DNA of 64,000 bases from Penicillus capitatus (Eukaryota > Plantae > Chlorophyta): NCBI GenBank assembly GCA_965649825.1, contig OZ287709.1, positions 310,001-374,000 of the forward strand, written 5' to 3'. This document shows, piece after piece, positions 49,785-62,438 of the stretch. Both the position numbers and the translations under genes were made by a program. A model generated the notes under the pieces. It searched no databases. It was not told the origin of the DNA and saw only the letters and a program-made list of their open reading frames with translations. Position 1 is the stretch's first letter, and every line of letters begins with the position of its first letter.

Positions 49785-51112
49785 ATGTTGCCCCGTCTTC
49801 TGCGGCATCTCCGTTTTGTAAAAGACCTCACGACGCAACATCGTCTGCTCGGACGACACAGTTTCCAAACGCATGCCGTGTCTCGCGCTCAGATCGATCT
49901 CTACCACGATGTGACGCCCTTTGACGGCGGCGTCCCTCGAGAAGTGATCTCTTTTCCACCACCGCGCCAGACGCAACACGAAGATCCCTCCACTCCATTC
50001 CCCTCCTTATTGCTACCGACCCGCAAACGTCTCAGTCAATCCAACATCTCCGTCTCATTCTTCCTGATCGATAAGAGACCGGGAGAACTCACCGATCGGA
50101 TGGCGCTGTTACTGTCAAAGACATTCTCCTACAAAGCCTTCCTCATTGCCAGCAGCGGAAGTCTGGATATCATGGCATCTGGTCTGGTTCTGTTCACCTG
50201 TGGCTATGGACTGGGTTTTTTGGATGCATTCGATCGTCTACCGTGCACGTACAGAGGTGTGCTGAAACTCGGTCAAACCAGCGAGTCCTATGATCTAAAG
50301 ATGCCGATCGACCGACACCGTCCATGGAAACACGTAACAGGTGAGGGCCCGCCCAATGCGTTTGATCGAAAACGAAGTGCCCTCTGTCAGAGGCGCAAGT
50401 CCAGAAGGCAGCCAAAGAGTTTGTTGGCGATATTCTACTGCCACCAGCACCGATCCATGCTTTTAGAAGCAAAGATCCCCAAATGCTCTTCAAACTGAAG
50501 GAAACGGAAGACATGTGTGTTCGTCCTCTGCCTTCACTCGCTGCTCTGAGTGATGCTGTGGCTAGGTCGGCGAAACCGGCCACGGTGTATGCCTTTGATA
50601 TGCACTATCCGTCAACCCCAAGTCAAGAGATCCCGTTCGAGCTTGTCTGCGATTGCGTGGTGGAACCCGCGTCTCTGATCCATGCCTTCGGGGAGAAACT
50701 GGGCTGCGATGCGTTACTGTGTGATCTTCAGAGAGTGGCCATTGGAGAGTACACCACGGAGCAGGCTTGGAGTTTCGCACGGATTTTCAGTGCCTTCGGC
50801 AGAGCCTCGCGTGGATCTATCTTCCAACCAGACAAGCTGCGTCGGTTTCGGCTGATGCACAGCGGTGTGCGGTATACGAAACGTGTTTTCGGATGCAATT
50901 GGCATCGGGAATTCACTCCGGTAAAGAAAAAGAAGATATTGCCTTATGAGAAACGAAGGAGAAAGAGGGAAAGAGAGTTCATGGAACGCGAAGGACTTAT
51001 CTCTGAAGAAGATATCATGAAACGACGTCTGAAGAAGAAGGCTGTCAAGTTGGTCGCCAATATGAACGTGACGACTGTCGAAGAAGTCTATCAACGCATT
51101 TTGGAAGAGTAG
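49785..51112 (+). CDS. TruB-family pseudouridine synthase-like protein, probably organellar (1 intron)
   Basis: SGSLDIMASGLV (catalytic Asp retained), YRGVLKLGQTSESYD and LCDLQRVAIGEY. Presequence-like N terminus. Confidence 0.8.
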
Positions 51113-51577
51113 ATGGCGACAACGTAGACAGATGTTCATAGAGAGAACCTGTTTTGTCGAAAACAGCCCCTCTCTGTACCATTCTTCCTTGTTCGACCCG
51201 CACGACTGCTGCGCTGCAGACGTACACTCGAACTCGACACGCGTTGCCAGTTGGATCGGCGATAGAGCTGGAATGTCAACATTTCTCAAACGGCGAACAC
51301 AGATTTGGAGATGCGGGATGTAAACAGTCAAGCGCTCTGCGCCAGTCTTTGTTCTGACCTCCCATCCAGGTGATCTTTTTGATCTGTCAAGAATCGTTGT
51401 GTTTCGAAACATCGATCCGTTTTGCTTTGCCAGTGTTCATGTATCAAGTCTGAAGTCGGCGGTATTGACGGTCTGCGTGTTGTAGTCCATTCTTTAGCTA
51501 TGCATTTTCTTATCGGACATTCGGTCCTCGTTCGCGTCTTATCCTCGGCGCTGTCGGACGCGACATTGCCAGAAAGA

Positions 51578-52750
51578 ATGCGTCACGAATGGATGTCGAC
51601 GACGGGACGTTCGTGCGTTACCGTAACGCAATCTCGTAGCGGAATCGACAACGATATGCGAAACACCGGCGCCGAGATGGATTTTGCGCGTGACGTCTCG
51701 CACTCCACGCGTTTTGACTCCCGGACCTCCTCTCTCAGAAAACACAACACCGTGCAGTGCGGCAGTGACCCACCCGATCACACGAAGCCGGACCGTCGCT
51801 CAGTGCGCTACACCAAAGACGCACTGCTCTCTGTGTATCGCGATCTCCGAAACGACACATCCACACTTTCCGTTCCTTCGAATGCTCAGATTCCCATCCC
51901 TTTCCGAAAGGGATCGAGAGTCGCACTCGAAGACTCTCGTTGCGCGTCGTGGATTTGGATCACCCCTGGAGGCGCGCCGTTCTTTACGTTGACATATGAG
52001 GAAGTACGGGAACGGTTGAACAAGGGCGTCATTCAGCCGAGCGATTATCTCCTCCCCACAAGCGTCGTCCGGCAGTGCGGAATTCGAGCATCCGATTTTG
52101 ATAAAGTCGACATCAAGAGGGACAATGGAGTCGGTTCGCTGAAGCCATCCATCCCTTCGCCGATCAGGAAATGGCGGGACATACATTGGCAAGAGCTCTG
52201 TAAAGTACTGGACAGCAACGAGGTGTGTTATCTGGACACTTCCAATCAACTTCAGGGTCCGTTCGAGAAGAAGCAGATTCTACAGTGGTGGGCACGTGGT
52301 TACTTTCCCAAGAATCTCCACGTTCGATCCAGCCACGCACAACATTTCGTCGATCTTCGCGTTCTTTTGGCCAAGTGGTTTTCGAGTGAAGCCCTCTGGC
52401 ACGCATCGACCGTCTCGCACTCGAGCTGTACACAAGAATTCCTTGTCCAGCAGTTTTGCAAGGGAAAGTTGGACAGTCAGGCTCCCATCATACCATCTGC
52501 ATTGGGAGGCACCGAACAGACATTGCCGGCTCTCTATCTCATGGTCCACTGGCTTCCTTTCTGCGAGACGTGGTCCGTGAAGGAGGAATCCTATGGCGTG
52601 ACGTCTCTATCGATTCCAGGCGCTTTTGATTTGTGGCTGCATCGCTACCGAACTCAGAACGGTCGTCTGTTGGCCAGACCTGTGACCTGGGGAGGAAATG
52701 GTTACATGGCAATGGAACACATGATGGAAAGCTACAGCTTCATTGAATAA
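51578..52750 (+). CDS. GYF-domain protein (intronless)
   Basis: YLDTSNQLQGPFEKKQILQWWARGYFPKNLHVR, and the RYTKDALL motif seen in GIGYF/EXA1-like proteins. Confidence 0.75.
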   Translation: MRHEWMSTTGRSCVTVTQSRSGIDNDMRNTGAEMDFARDVSHSTRFDSRTSSLRKHNTVQCGSDPPDHTKPDRRSVRYTKDALLSVYRDLRNDTSTLSVPSNAQIPIPFRKGSRVALEDSRCASWIWITPGGAPFFTLTYEEVRERLNKGVIQPSDYLLPTSVVRQCGIRASDFDKVDIKRDNGVGSLKPSIPSPIRKWRDIHWQELCKVLDSNEVCYLDTSNQLQGPFEKKQILQWWARGYFPKNLHVRSSHAQHFVDLRVLLAKWFSSEALWHASTVSHSSCTQEFLVQQFCKGKLDSQAPIIPSALGGTEQTLPALYLMVHWLPFCETWSVKEESYGVTSLSIPGAFDLWLHRYRTQNGRLLARPVTWGGNGYMAMEHMMESYSFIE

Positions 52751-52776
52751 AAACAACAAACCCATGGAACGCGTTT

Positions 52777-54183
52777 TCATTTTTCTTGCTTGTGCTGCAG
52801 TCCTTCTGTAAGAATGTTGCGAACCCGGATGACCAGTTCGGAGGTCAGTGGCCGCGTTTGGGGGTTGGTATCCAGACACGACACCACAAGAGCATGAATT
52901 TCGGCAGGGTAATGTCGAATGGGTGGCTTTGGCCACTGAATGCGTCCATTGGCAACGGCTAATGCCAAACTGCCACCGCTTTCGGACATCACTCTCTCAA
53001 AAGGCGAAACGCCATACATCAAGAAATACCTGTCACATCACACGCGGATTAACGTCTGTGCCACAACAGAAGCGGCACCATACAAGGTACATCCCAGTGA
53101 CCAGGTATCGATCTTTTCATCGATGACTGTTGGGGAAGGGACGTCATAGAGTTCGGGGGCACGGTAAGGCATAGAGGAAAGGACTTCGATCTCTTCCTGC
53201 AGCTGCAAACTCTGTTGTCTGTTTTCGATGATGATCTGCGACGGCCCCACGCTTCCGAAATCGGACAGGACCGCATTGTATGACGCATCCTCCACCTAAG
53301 GACCCAGCCAATCGCTCGGTACGTGACAGACAGGCGGTGTCTTAGGCGCCTACCCATTCAACAGAGTCCATGTCTTCGTCACTGACTTCGGGAATACAGG
53401 AGAGCATGAGTCCTTGGGGGTCATCTGGATCCTGATCACAGCCGTTACGGTTACGATGCTCGATGAGGATGTTATGTGGCTTGATATCCCGATGACAGTA
53501 ACCAGCAGCATGGAGGAATTGCACTGCCTCGCAGATCTGCCGGAAGATATCGAGCACTGAGAAAGGCGACAATCGACAGCCTGATTCGTACAGACGTCCC
53601 ACCAGCTCCGCAGCCGAGCCTTCCTGCATTCCATCCTCCAATGACGCTGAAGACGTGTGATGCAAAGAGTGTGTGCGTGTGACCTGGTAGTATGAAAAGA
53701 GCATGAATCCACGATAGGCACCATCAGCAGGTGTGTTCTGCACGACGGCGCTGGAGTGGAGACGGACGATGTGTGGATGACGCAGTTCATTGAGAATCTC
53801 AATCTCTGCCTCTGCCAATCGAATCTGCTCCTCCGATCCCAAATTCATCTGCAATGCTGCATGGGCAGAGGTGTGGGAAGAAGGTGTGATAGGGGGACCA
53901 TCTTAATGGCGTAGCATCGCTCTGCTACAAAAGGGTGCTCCGTTGTGGCGAGTTCCTTCACCAAGTAGATGAAGCTATAGCCACCCTCTCCCAACTGCAC
54001 GAACAAACAGGGCGCTGTGTCTCACGACGCTGTGCTTACGAGTTTCAGGATTTTGAAGCGTCTGTTGTGAAAGTAGATCTCTGGCGATGGAAAACAGGCA
54101 CTCGGGAGCAGATACAGTGTCGTCCAGCACGAGGCCAGGTATTCGAGGACGCTATCGACCATCCGCATTGCTTTGTCCGTCAT
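52777..54183 (-). CDS. STK16: Ser/Thr kinase, STK16/NAK family (multi-exon)
   Basis: RRFKILKL|LGEGGYSFIYLV, AIK, HRDIKPHNIL, SDFGS, YRAPEL, DTWSLGCTLY and SPFE. Confidence 0.9.
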
Positions 54184-54206
54184 TTCACGTTTTGACCGTT
54201 TGGAAG

Positions 54207-55481
54207 ATGGACACCGAATTACCTCGACCTTCGTCAACATCGCCACGACTGCAAGGACCGTTGCTGGCGTTGTGGAATGGCCTATGTCTCTGCGTTGTGC
54301 TCAGAACGTGGAGATGGGCATCGGAGGCCGACCACAGACGATTTGTTCTCTACTTTCAACCCTTCCTACCATTCTGCGTCATGTTGTGGTTATGGGGTGT
54401 CAATGTTCGTGTCTTTGAACGCCTCCGTGTGCCATACGAGAAGCTCTTTGGAAGCGAAGATTCGAAGTTTTTACTCAAAGGAGAGCAACTCCATCAACTA
54501 GGTCTCATCCTTCTAACCGTTCTCTTCACTACATGTGCCAGTTTCTTAGCAGCGACTGTCTCAGGAGTGAGAAATTTGAGTGACTTGGAAAGTGAGATCG
54601 ACCGGCATCTGTGTCGTACGTAGGCAGAGGCCATCGCCAAAAGCGTGCCATGGGTTTTGATGACTGGCGTCGTTCTCCTTCTGATCTGTCCGTTTCCGGC
54701 ATCCCTTCGATCGAGCCATGCCTTTTTCGTCAGGACCTTCCGACGTGTGATGCTGCCCATCCAATCAGTGACCTTCGCCGATTTCTTAATGGCAGATGTG
54801 ATGACATCGCTCGCACGGTCCCTAGCCGATATGGAACTCGCTGCCTGTCATCTCATCGTGCATTCACGGCAACCCCTTTCTGCCGTCGACCCTGCCCAAG
54901 ATCCCATCTGCTATCGAGGTGTCTGGCATGCCAACATCTTTCTGGCGTTGCCCTATCTCATTCGCATGATCCAATGCTTCTGGCTCTACTCCTCCGAAAG
55001 CGATCCGCTGCAGCTATTCAATGCGCTTAAGTACATAACCGCTTTTCCGGTGATTTTCTCTTCTATGATGAAACACTATGCAGTGGATGCACCGTCCGTG
55101 GGATTCTGGATTCAGATCTGGTTTCTGGCGTCCGTTGTGAACACAGCCTTTTCTTTTTACTGGGACATAGAGCTGGATTGGGACATGCTATGGTTCAGGA
55201 AAGACCGATCGGGCACAGCGGGTTGGTGGCCTCGGCTTCAGCCAGACCCATTGTATTCTCCACCCGCACTCTATTACTGTGCCATCCTGACCAATTTCGC
55301 CATCCGCATCGCCTGGATTTACAAACTCTCTGTCCATTTGCATTACTCGCTGACAGGCCATCTAGTCGTTGCGCTGTTAGAAGTCCTCCGTCGCTGTCAA
55401 TGGATTTTTATCCGCATCGAATGCGGTCTAAGAAAACAGTCAAAGGCTCAAGGCCTCAAGCAACTGCATACCAAAGTGTAA
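54207..55481 (+). CDS. EXS-family membrane protein (ERD1/PHO1-like EXS domain, no SPX)
   Basis: LWLWGVN, VTFADFLMADVMTSL, PYLIRMIQC, NALKY, FYWDIELDW and EVLRRCQWIFIRIE. Confidence 0.92.
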
Positions 55482-55975
55482 ATAAACCGCACGCAGTTCA
55501 CTTCTGCACAGCTGATCTGCCACGCGATCAAGAGTGAGGCGACGGCGACGTGCCTGTCGGGCATGAGATGTCAGTCGATGGCATGTGTGTTCCTCATAAC
55601 TGCTCCTCAGAACTGAACGCGAATTTCCGCGTCAGGCCATTCATCGACGCGACGGACCAACCGCATCTCCAAACGTCCCAGCATTTCCCACCGTGCCTTC
55701 GCCTTTTTCCGCCTGTCCATTCAACCAACCACACTAACAAACGTCCCGACAGTCGGTCAACTATTCAACGGAACGAAAAAAACAACGGAGTCGCAGTCAG
55801 AGCTCGGCAGCCGCTACCAAACACGCGTCTCAAAGACTTAGCCTCTCCACGTAAGCCGTCGCCGTCTCCTATCGCCCGCAACACAGTAAACCGTCTAGAG
55901 ATATCCTGTTGACGCGTTTCTGTGTGGTAGAGCGTTCTCGGCGTTTTGGTTTTCTTTTTGCTAGTATCTCAGGAT

Positions 55976-58322
55976 ATGTCTACAGCCTTTGTGGCGACAC
56001 GTAGACCTAGCTCCCTGTCCGATGGTTCGAGTTCATCGAGGAGGCCCACAGATAACGTGCTGGATTCAGAAGAGGAAGAGGAACAGCAGTTTCACGACTG
56101 TACAGAAATTGTAGATACCCTGTATCTCAGTTTTGACTCTCAGGATTTACCACCACCGTCACCTCTCACCAAACACGCCCCCGCTGAACATTCAGAATTG
56201 ATGGAGTTTCGCGACGTTTCTAAAAAAGGGCCAAACAGTCGGTCCGAATCGGAGGCCTTTTATTCATGCGACGGAGGACGTCTTGCAACGGAGAGCGAAG
56301 AGGAAGCCGTTACGTCCGATCCGGACACCATTGACCAACCGAGTCCCGTCGTCGAAGGTGGTCCCTCAGCTAAAATGCTGGAAGAGAACGAGGATACAAG
56401 AGTATCTGGCGATGCAAGGATAATGTCATCTATGGATCGGGATGTGGAGATGCGACGCCGATTGGCGTTTGCTCCACAGTGCTTGGAGAGCTTTCGGACC
56501 GAGATGCTCCCAGACAGAACGTCTTCGACAGAAGAACCTTCTGATGTACAGAGCTCTGGGACATCGCCTCCACACCCTTGCAGTATTGCTGATAATTTTG
56601 GAAAAGAAGATGAAAAATCGAGCAGTGCGCTCGATCAAACGTCCACGCCCGACGTGCTCGTGACCTTGACCTCGACAGATATGGGGATTTCTGCCAAGAG
56701 AGAAGACTCTCTGGATCCACCCGCTCTGTATTCCAGAAACATGGATTCCATTCCAGACAATACCATTTTTGATAAAGCGCAACTCGTGGAGGAGGCTCTG
56801 GACACGGCTGAGATCAATAAGTGCATGGATACGAGGCGAGCTGCACGCCTCAATGCACTTCCCAGTCTTAGAATTCAAGAACAGTACTCGGATGAACTCA
56901 GATCTATCACCAAGAACCATCGCCACCAGTCGAGCAGCTCAAGCGTGACACATGTTTGTCCACCTCTGCCTACTTACCGCATGGAGACGGTCCCATCCCA
57001 ACAAAGCACATTGACTCGGGCAAACAGTGCACCAAGTGATATAAAGGAAGAGAATTTCATGGCAGAGGATGTAGAGATATCATCGATATTGGGTCATGCC
57101 ATGTGTTTTAGTGCTGCTGCAGAGGATCGACCATTGAGTTCCTTAAGCGCACCTTTTGAAGAAGTGATTCAAACATCGCAGCACGGCTGCAAGAAATGTC
57201 TGAGCTCCTGGGTCCAGAGAAAGATGCATTTCGTTTCTTTTGACACAGAATCTGATGCGGCCTCCGTCACTCGATCCGAGTATATTATGGATTTGAAACG
57301 GGGGAAAGAAAGACAGGACGATGATGGACTGCTCTGTCCATATCATCAGCATCAGTATCACCGTCACTCTCACCACTATCACCATCGATCCCGTCCAAGT
57401 TCACGGTTCGGCTACGTTAACGGATTTGCGATTGGTCCCAGCGTCAGTCCCGTGCCTCCCGGAGGCATTCGAGATTTCAGCAAAGAAGATGCGATATCGC
57501 TAAACGCTGCACTGCGGAACAACCCTCAGCTGACAAATGTCGCTATGGGAGAATGGACAAGGTACGTGTACGCTTTCTCCTTCATCGTGATACCGTGATG
57601 CTGTGAGGACAGTAAACTGATCGGCTTCGCGACCCCTGCTGATTACTATGTGCACATGATCCATGAGCTCTCGGCTCAGAAGATCAATGTTCTGGCTTTG
57701 ATCAAGGCAAGACTCGGAGAGCATCATCCTCTCGTCACAGACATCATCGAAAAACTGCGAAACTACACAACGGAAGTGCCAAGTTTCATTTTGAGCTCCA
57801 TGTCCAAAGGACACAAACGCACGCCGCCTCTTGCATCTCATCAGCGATTACCACTCTTTTCGAGAGGGACGACGACGACGGATTTTCATCAAAGTGTGGA
57901 GGCAGCTTTGATTCGCTGTGGCGTGAATATGGCATTCTTTGACAAGTCTGCATCCCTCCCTCCATCCCTCCGTCACCGTGACATCGTCCATTGGCAGGTC
58001 GCGTTGCATGTTTGCCACGGAGCAGGAGTATTACGAGTATATTTCTTGTCAAATAAAATCGGCAGGTTTTGAGGTTTCTCTCAAAAAACTGAAAGAACTG
58101 CTCGGAGCTGCACATCCCTTTATTAACACCTTTAGATCAAGTGTTGCGATGGACTGCGAAAGCAGCAGTCGAACAGGTACCCTGCTGTATCCGTCCACAA
58201 CAAGCGTGAGTATCATGGAGATTTCTGTCATGCTATGTAGGTTCCTTGACAGATTCTGCGAGGAGTATTCAGTCAGGAACATCAAAATCGTCTCCGAGAC
58301 TCCCACCGCCAACCAAACCTAG
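55976..58322 (+). CDS. Unknown protein: long acidic/Ser-rich disordered N terminus with a His tract, and a helical C-terminal region
   Basis: A ~530-codon exon spliced in phase to exons containing KARLGEHHPLV and KELLGAAHPFI. Confidence 0.65.
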
Positions 58323-58619
58323 AGACATAGCGTCAACAACAACATCACAAGTCTGTGCATCCATCCATCGATCGATCGATCATCGTGCATCAAATGTGTG
58401 TGTGACGACAGGAGGAGTCCGTTCGGCACGAAAATGATATGGAGAGGGAAGAAGCATGGACAGGAGGACCCTGTTTGTTGTACTGTTTCGCTGGTCTGCG
58501 GAAAACTTTACAAGGCAAGAGATCAAAACATCGGAAGAACCACACCTTCGCATAAGGACTGTGAATAAAAAATGGAAATCGACCTCCTCTCATAGTTACT
58601 CTGAGACGGAAAACTGTGT

Positions 58620-58652
58620 GTTCGTTCGTTCGTCTGTTTGTTTGTTTGTTTG
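58620..58652 (+). repeat. (TTCG)n/(TTTG)n microsatellite
   Basis: gttcgttcgttcgtctgtttgtttgtttgttt. Nearby (TGT)n at ~58847 and (ATCC)n at ~58963. Confidence 0.7.
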
Positions 58653-59148
58653 TACTCTTCAACATCAACAGCAGCTCATCTCACAGACGGTCACTGTATG
58701 GGTACAAAATGACAAGCACATCTCTGTCATCTTTTTTGCTCAGTTGAAGTTATCTCATCTGCCGGTTCCGTTTGTGGATTCTCTGTTAGTTGTCTGTCTG
58801 ACCTATTAGAGATAGATAGAGTTCCTTTGTCTTTCTTTTCATTTTTGTGTTGTTGTTGGTGTTGTTGTTCTCCACTCTGGAATAAGACGGTGCTTGTGTT
58901 GGTTCTTCATGAACGATTGGGGTGATTATACATGAGGTTGTGTTCTGCCTGACCACAGTCCACCATCCATCCATCCATCCGATCAAGCATCTGCACGATA
59001 TTTGATTTCATGCATTGCTCTTCTTTTCCCGTTCCTTTCTGTCCAAAACGAGGCAGAGAGTCAGAGTCTCCTTTGAAAGGAACAATCCAATATTAATAAG
59101 GACCCCTTTTCAAGGATAAACCCCGCCCCTGGACCCACTCTCAAGTCC

Positions 59149-60468
59149 TTATGAGCAGAGTTGCTGGTTATAGAGTTTTGCCACGTCTTCGTACTCGTAC
59201 CATTCTTTATGACCCTTCTCTGAACCGTTCAGCAGTCTCACTTCGACGCTAAATCTCTCAATGTCTATGCCAGTGAGCTCTGCAATGCAATCTTCATTGG
59301 GACCCTTCAAAATAAGAAGCTTTCCGCCAACGGCCGGGAGAACCGTTTCCAATTCTGCCTGATCCACACGGACGATGTCTCCTGAGCCGATCATTTCAAT
59401 CTCTGCAATGTATGCATCGATTAATTTCTTGATGACACCTTTCTGCTTGTAATATCCATGGATTCGCAATCCGGGTGACATGACTTTGACGACAATTCCT
59501 GGCTTGATCCATCCATCCAAAGTCAGTTTCTTATGCTTCTCCCTGATCCCAGCGTGAATCTTCTCCAAATGTGTCAATCCTTTGCTGCGACGTTCTGGGA
59601 CCTGCGGATAGCCTAAACGCATCAGACCCCTGGATAGTCCATCGGACTCCATGCGATAAATCACTTTGTGATGTGACGGGAGGATCTTCTGCGAAAACTT
59701 CCAGCTTCTGTTTCTTACTAGCCTCCTTTTCATCGCACTCTTTCTGAACGGAGAAAGAGATGGGGCCATCTGTTTCTGTTCTGTTCAATTCTGTTATCGT
59801 TGTTGCCGGTTCATCGGTCGCTGTCGTTGATATCTCTGTTTCATCGATCTGCCTCGCTGCTGCTTTTTCGATCTGCCTTTGTATCTCCTTCATCTGTCGC
59901 ACATCATCTTGTTTCTCTGCCACGTCCCGTTCCTTCCTCTTGCTACGTCGCACATCCGCCTCATTCTCTTTAGGGACCAACTGCAAGACCACAGCAACGA
60001 ACACACACTTCAATATATGACACTGTCTGAGGGGTGGGTGCATTTCACTTGAATAAACCATCCCTTGGGCGTTTGCTCAATCTTGCAAAGTCCTTTCTTT
60101 CCTAAGTACTGTACGAATCCCGAAAGGGAGAGCCATCGGGTTGAGTTCATGTGGATGTGGTCCTTGTCTTTAATGAATTCGTTGTAGACACGGTTGGCCG
60201 AGACACGTGAATTGGGATGGCAGACACGCATATGTGCCATGAAATCGGATTCGAACTGATGTGAATACTGTGACACGACTTGACCGGGATTCTGCCCGAA
60301 GAGTTCCATCTGACGACGATGACTGGCACTTGTCTGATGACACTTGAATCCGTTCTCATCGCGACACTGCTTCTGACAGAGCTGACAATACCATCGCAGT
60401 TTCTGCAGACCGCGAGCTTTGATGCGATTCGATATCGCTTTTGGCGTCAAGAAATCATGCTTCGGCAT
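59149..60468 (-). CDS. KIN17: DNA/RNA-binding protein KIN17
   Basis: TPKAISNRIKARGLQKLRWYCQLCQKQCRDENGFKCH zinc finger, HIHMNSTRW winged helix, and C-terminal KOW/SH3 domains with LETVLP. Confidence 0.96.
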
Positions 60469-60590
60469 TCTGTGCGTCCAGGAAGAAGGTGTGATACGAC
60501 ACCGACGGTGTTGCCCTCGAGTTCGGTCGGATCCGGTGAAGGTCGGATGATGTGACGTGAGATGAGGACCGGCCGACAGGCATTGAACGA

Positions 60591-61823
60591 AATGGACGAC
60601 GCATCGAAAGCGCGACTCCGTTGGGAGTTGGAGAACAGTATCCCGTCATCGGAAGACAGCGACGCCCTCTTTCGTTACGATGCGGCGGAGGAACAGACCA
60701 TCCGCCGCCAACGTCCCTGGAGCAACGACCCGCATTACTTTAAACAGTACCCCTTCTCCGAATCGACATCGCCCCCCTCACTCTCTTGTCGTGTGATAGT
60801 GTGAAGATTTCTGCTCTGGCGTTACTGAAGATGGCAATGCATGCCAAATCTGGTGGTACCCTTGAGGTGAGGCACGACGAAACGGCTTGAGATCGTGAGT
60901 ACATAAGGGCATGGAGATTTGAAGGTGATGGGACTGATGCAAGGGAAGATCCAGCACCACACGTTCGTCGTTCTGGACAGCTTTGCCCTTCCCGTCGAAG
61001 GAACGGAGACGCGAGTCAATGCCATGGACTCGGCCAATGTCTTTATGTGCGAATACATCAGCCTCTATGGAGTGCGCACCATTCTTCCACCTGTCACATC
61101 GTTCGTTGATGTCGGGTGTTGGTGGTTCAGGAGTTGGGTCACGGGGAAAATGTCATTGGCTGGTATCACAGTCATCCAGGCTATGGATGTTGGCTGTCAG
61201 GAATCGACGTGTCCACGCAGATGACCAATCAACAGGGACAGGATCCTTTTCTCGCCGTCGTCATCGACCCTGTCCGCACCATGTCTTCAGGAAAAGTCGA
61301 GATCGGCGCCTTCCGTACCTTTCCCGAAGGATTCAAGCCAGAAGATGAAGGGCCGTCTGAATACCAGACGATTCCCCTCGACAAGATCGAAGACTTTGGT
61401 GTCCATGCCAAGCAGTACTACGCACTGGACATTGCCTTTTTCAAATCTGCCCTCAATGCACGTCTGTTGGATCTGCTGTGGAAGGACTATTGGGTGAAGA
61501 CACTGTCTGCCTCACCGTTGCTCTTGAATCGTGGATTTGTCCGTCGTCAGTTGTCAGATATCGGTGAGAAGATGCAGGCGGCGGAATGTCAGTTGAGCCA
61601 TCGCATCAATCGGTATGCAGTTTCGTCAGATGAACGAAAAAAGGAAGAGGGCGTCTTGGTTAAATTGCACAGAGATACGTGCAAGATGGCATTGGAACAA
61701 GTCAAGGGTCTATCCAGTCAGATCATTAAATGCATGTTGTTTCATCAGCACAGTAATGACATGGCGGCGGCTTTCGATAGTCAGATGGATGCTGAAGATG
61801 TCGTTGTTTCGGAAGAACACTAG
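60591..61823 (+). CDS. CSN5: COP9 signalosome subunit 5 (JAMM protease)
   Basis: [39 protein letters not shown] and [10 protein letters not shown]. Confidence 0.97.
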
Positions 61824-62438
61824 GATTTAAATGAGGTTCGCAATCGATGAGCAACGCAACTCCCATATCCATTTGGATTTTTCTCTTTCGTCATTCTGCT
61901 TCCGATTTTAGAGAATTGAGCAGAACGGCTGGTGGTCACATCAAACAATGTCAAACATGCATGCATACATTCATGGAAAACAAAACCGCATTAGATGTAC
62001 GTTTGTAGGAAGAACAGAATTATTGCGAGCTTCATGATTCACAGACTATATTCATCATACCATGTTTTCCGTCGGCAATGTCCTCGCGAGACGTCGGTCT
62101 GCTAGAGAATTGTCTTATTTCACATCAGCTGCTTTCAAACCAATCGTATAAAAAACTGTGACTCAAGTGGACAGACCACAAGCTTCATGTAGACAAAAAC
62201 ATCAGATGAAGTTGAAATATCGCCACGAGAAAGAAGAAAGTTAACCCCATCAAAGAGTACCTTATCCCTGACTTTAACCAGCTTGCTTTCCACTTTGACA
62301 GAAATGCTTTACGGCAAAAACCTACGATGTCAAAGAAGGAGAAGAAAGCTCAAGAAATCCCACATATGATGGTAAAATAAAAACGGATCGTGCAGTTGTT
62401 GATGTTGTGGTGAAAGAATATGGAAATCGGAAGAGCCA

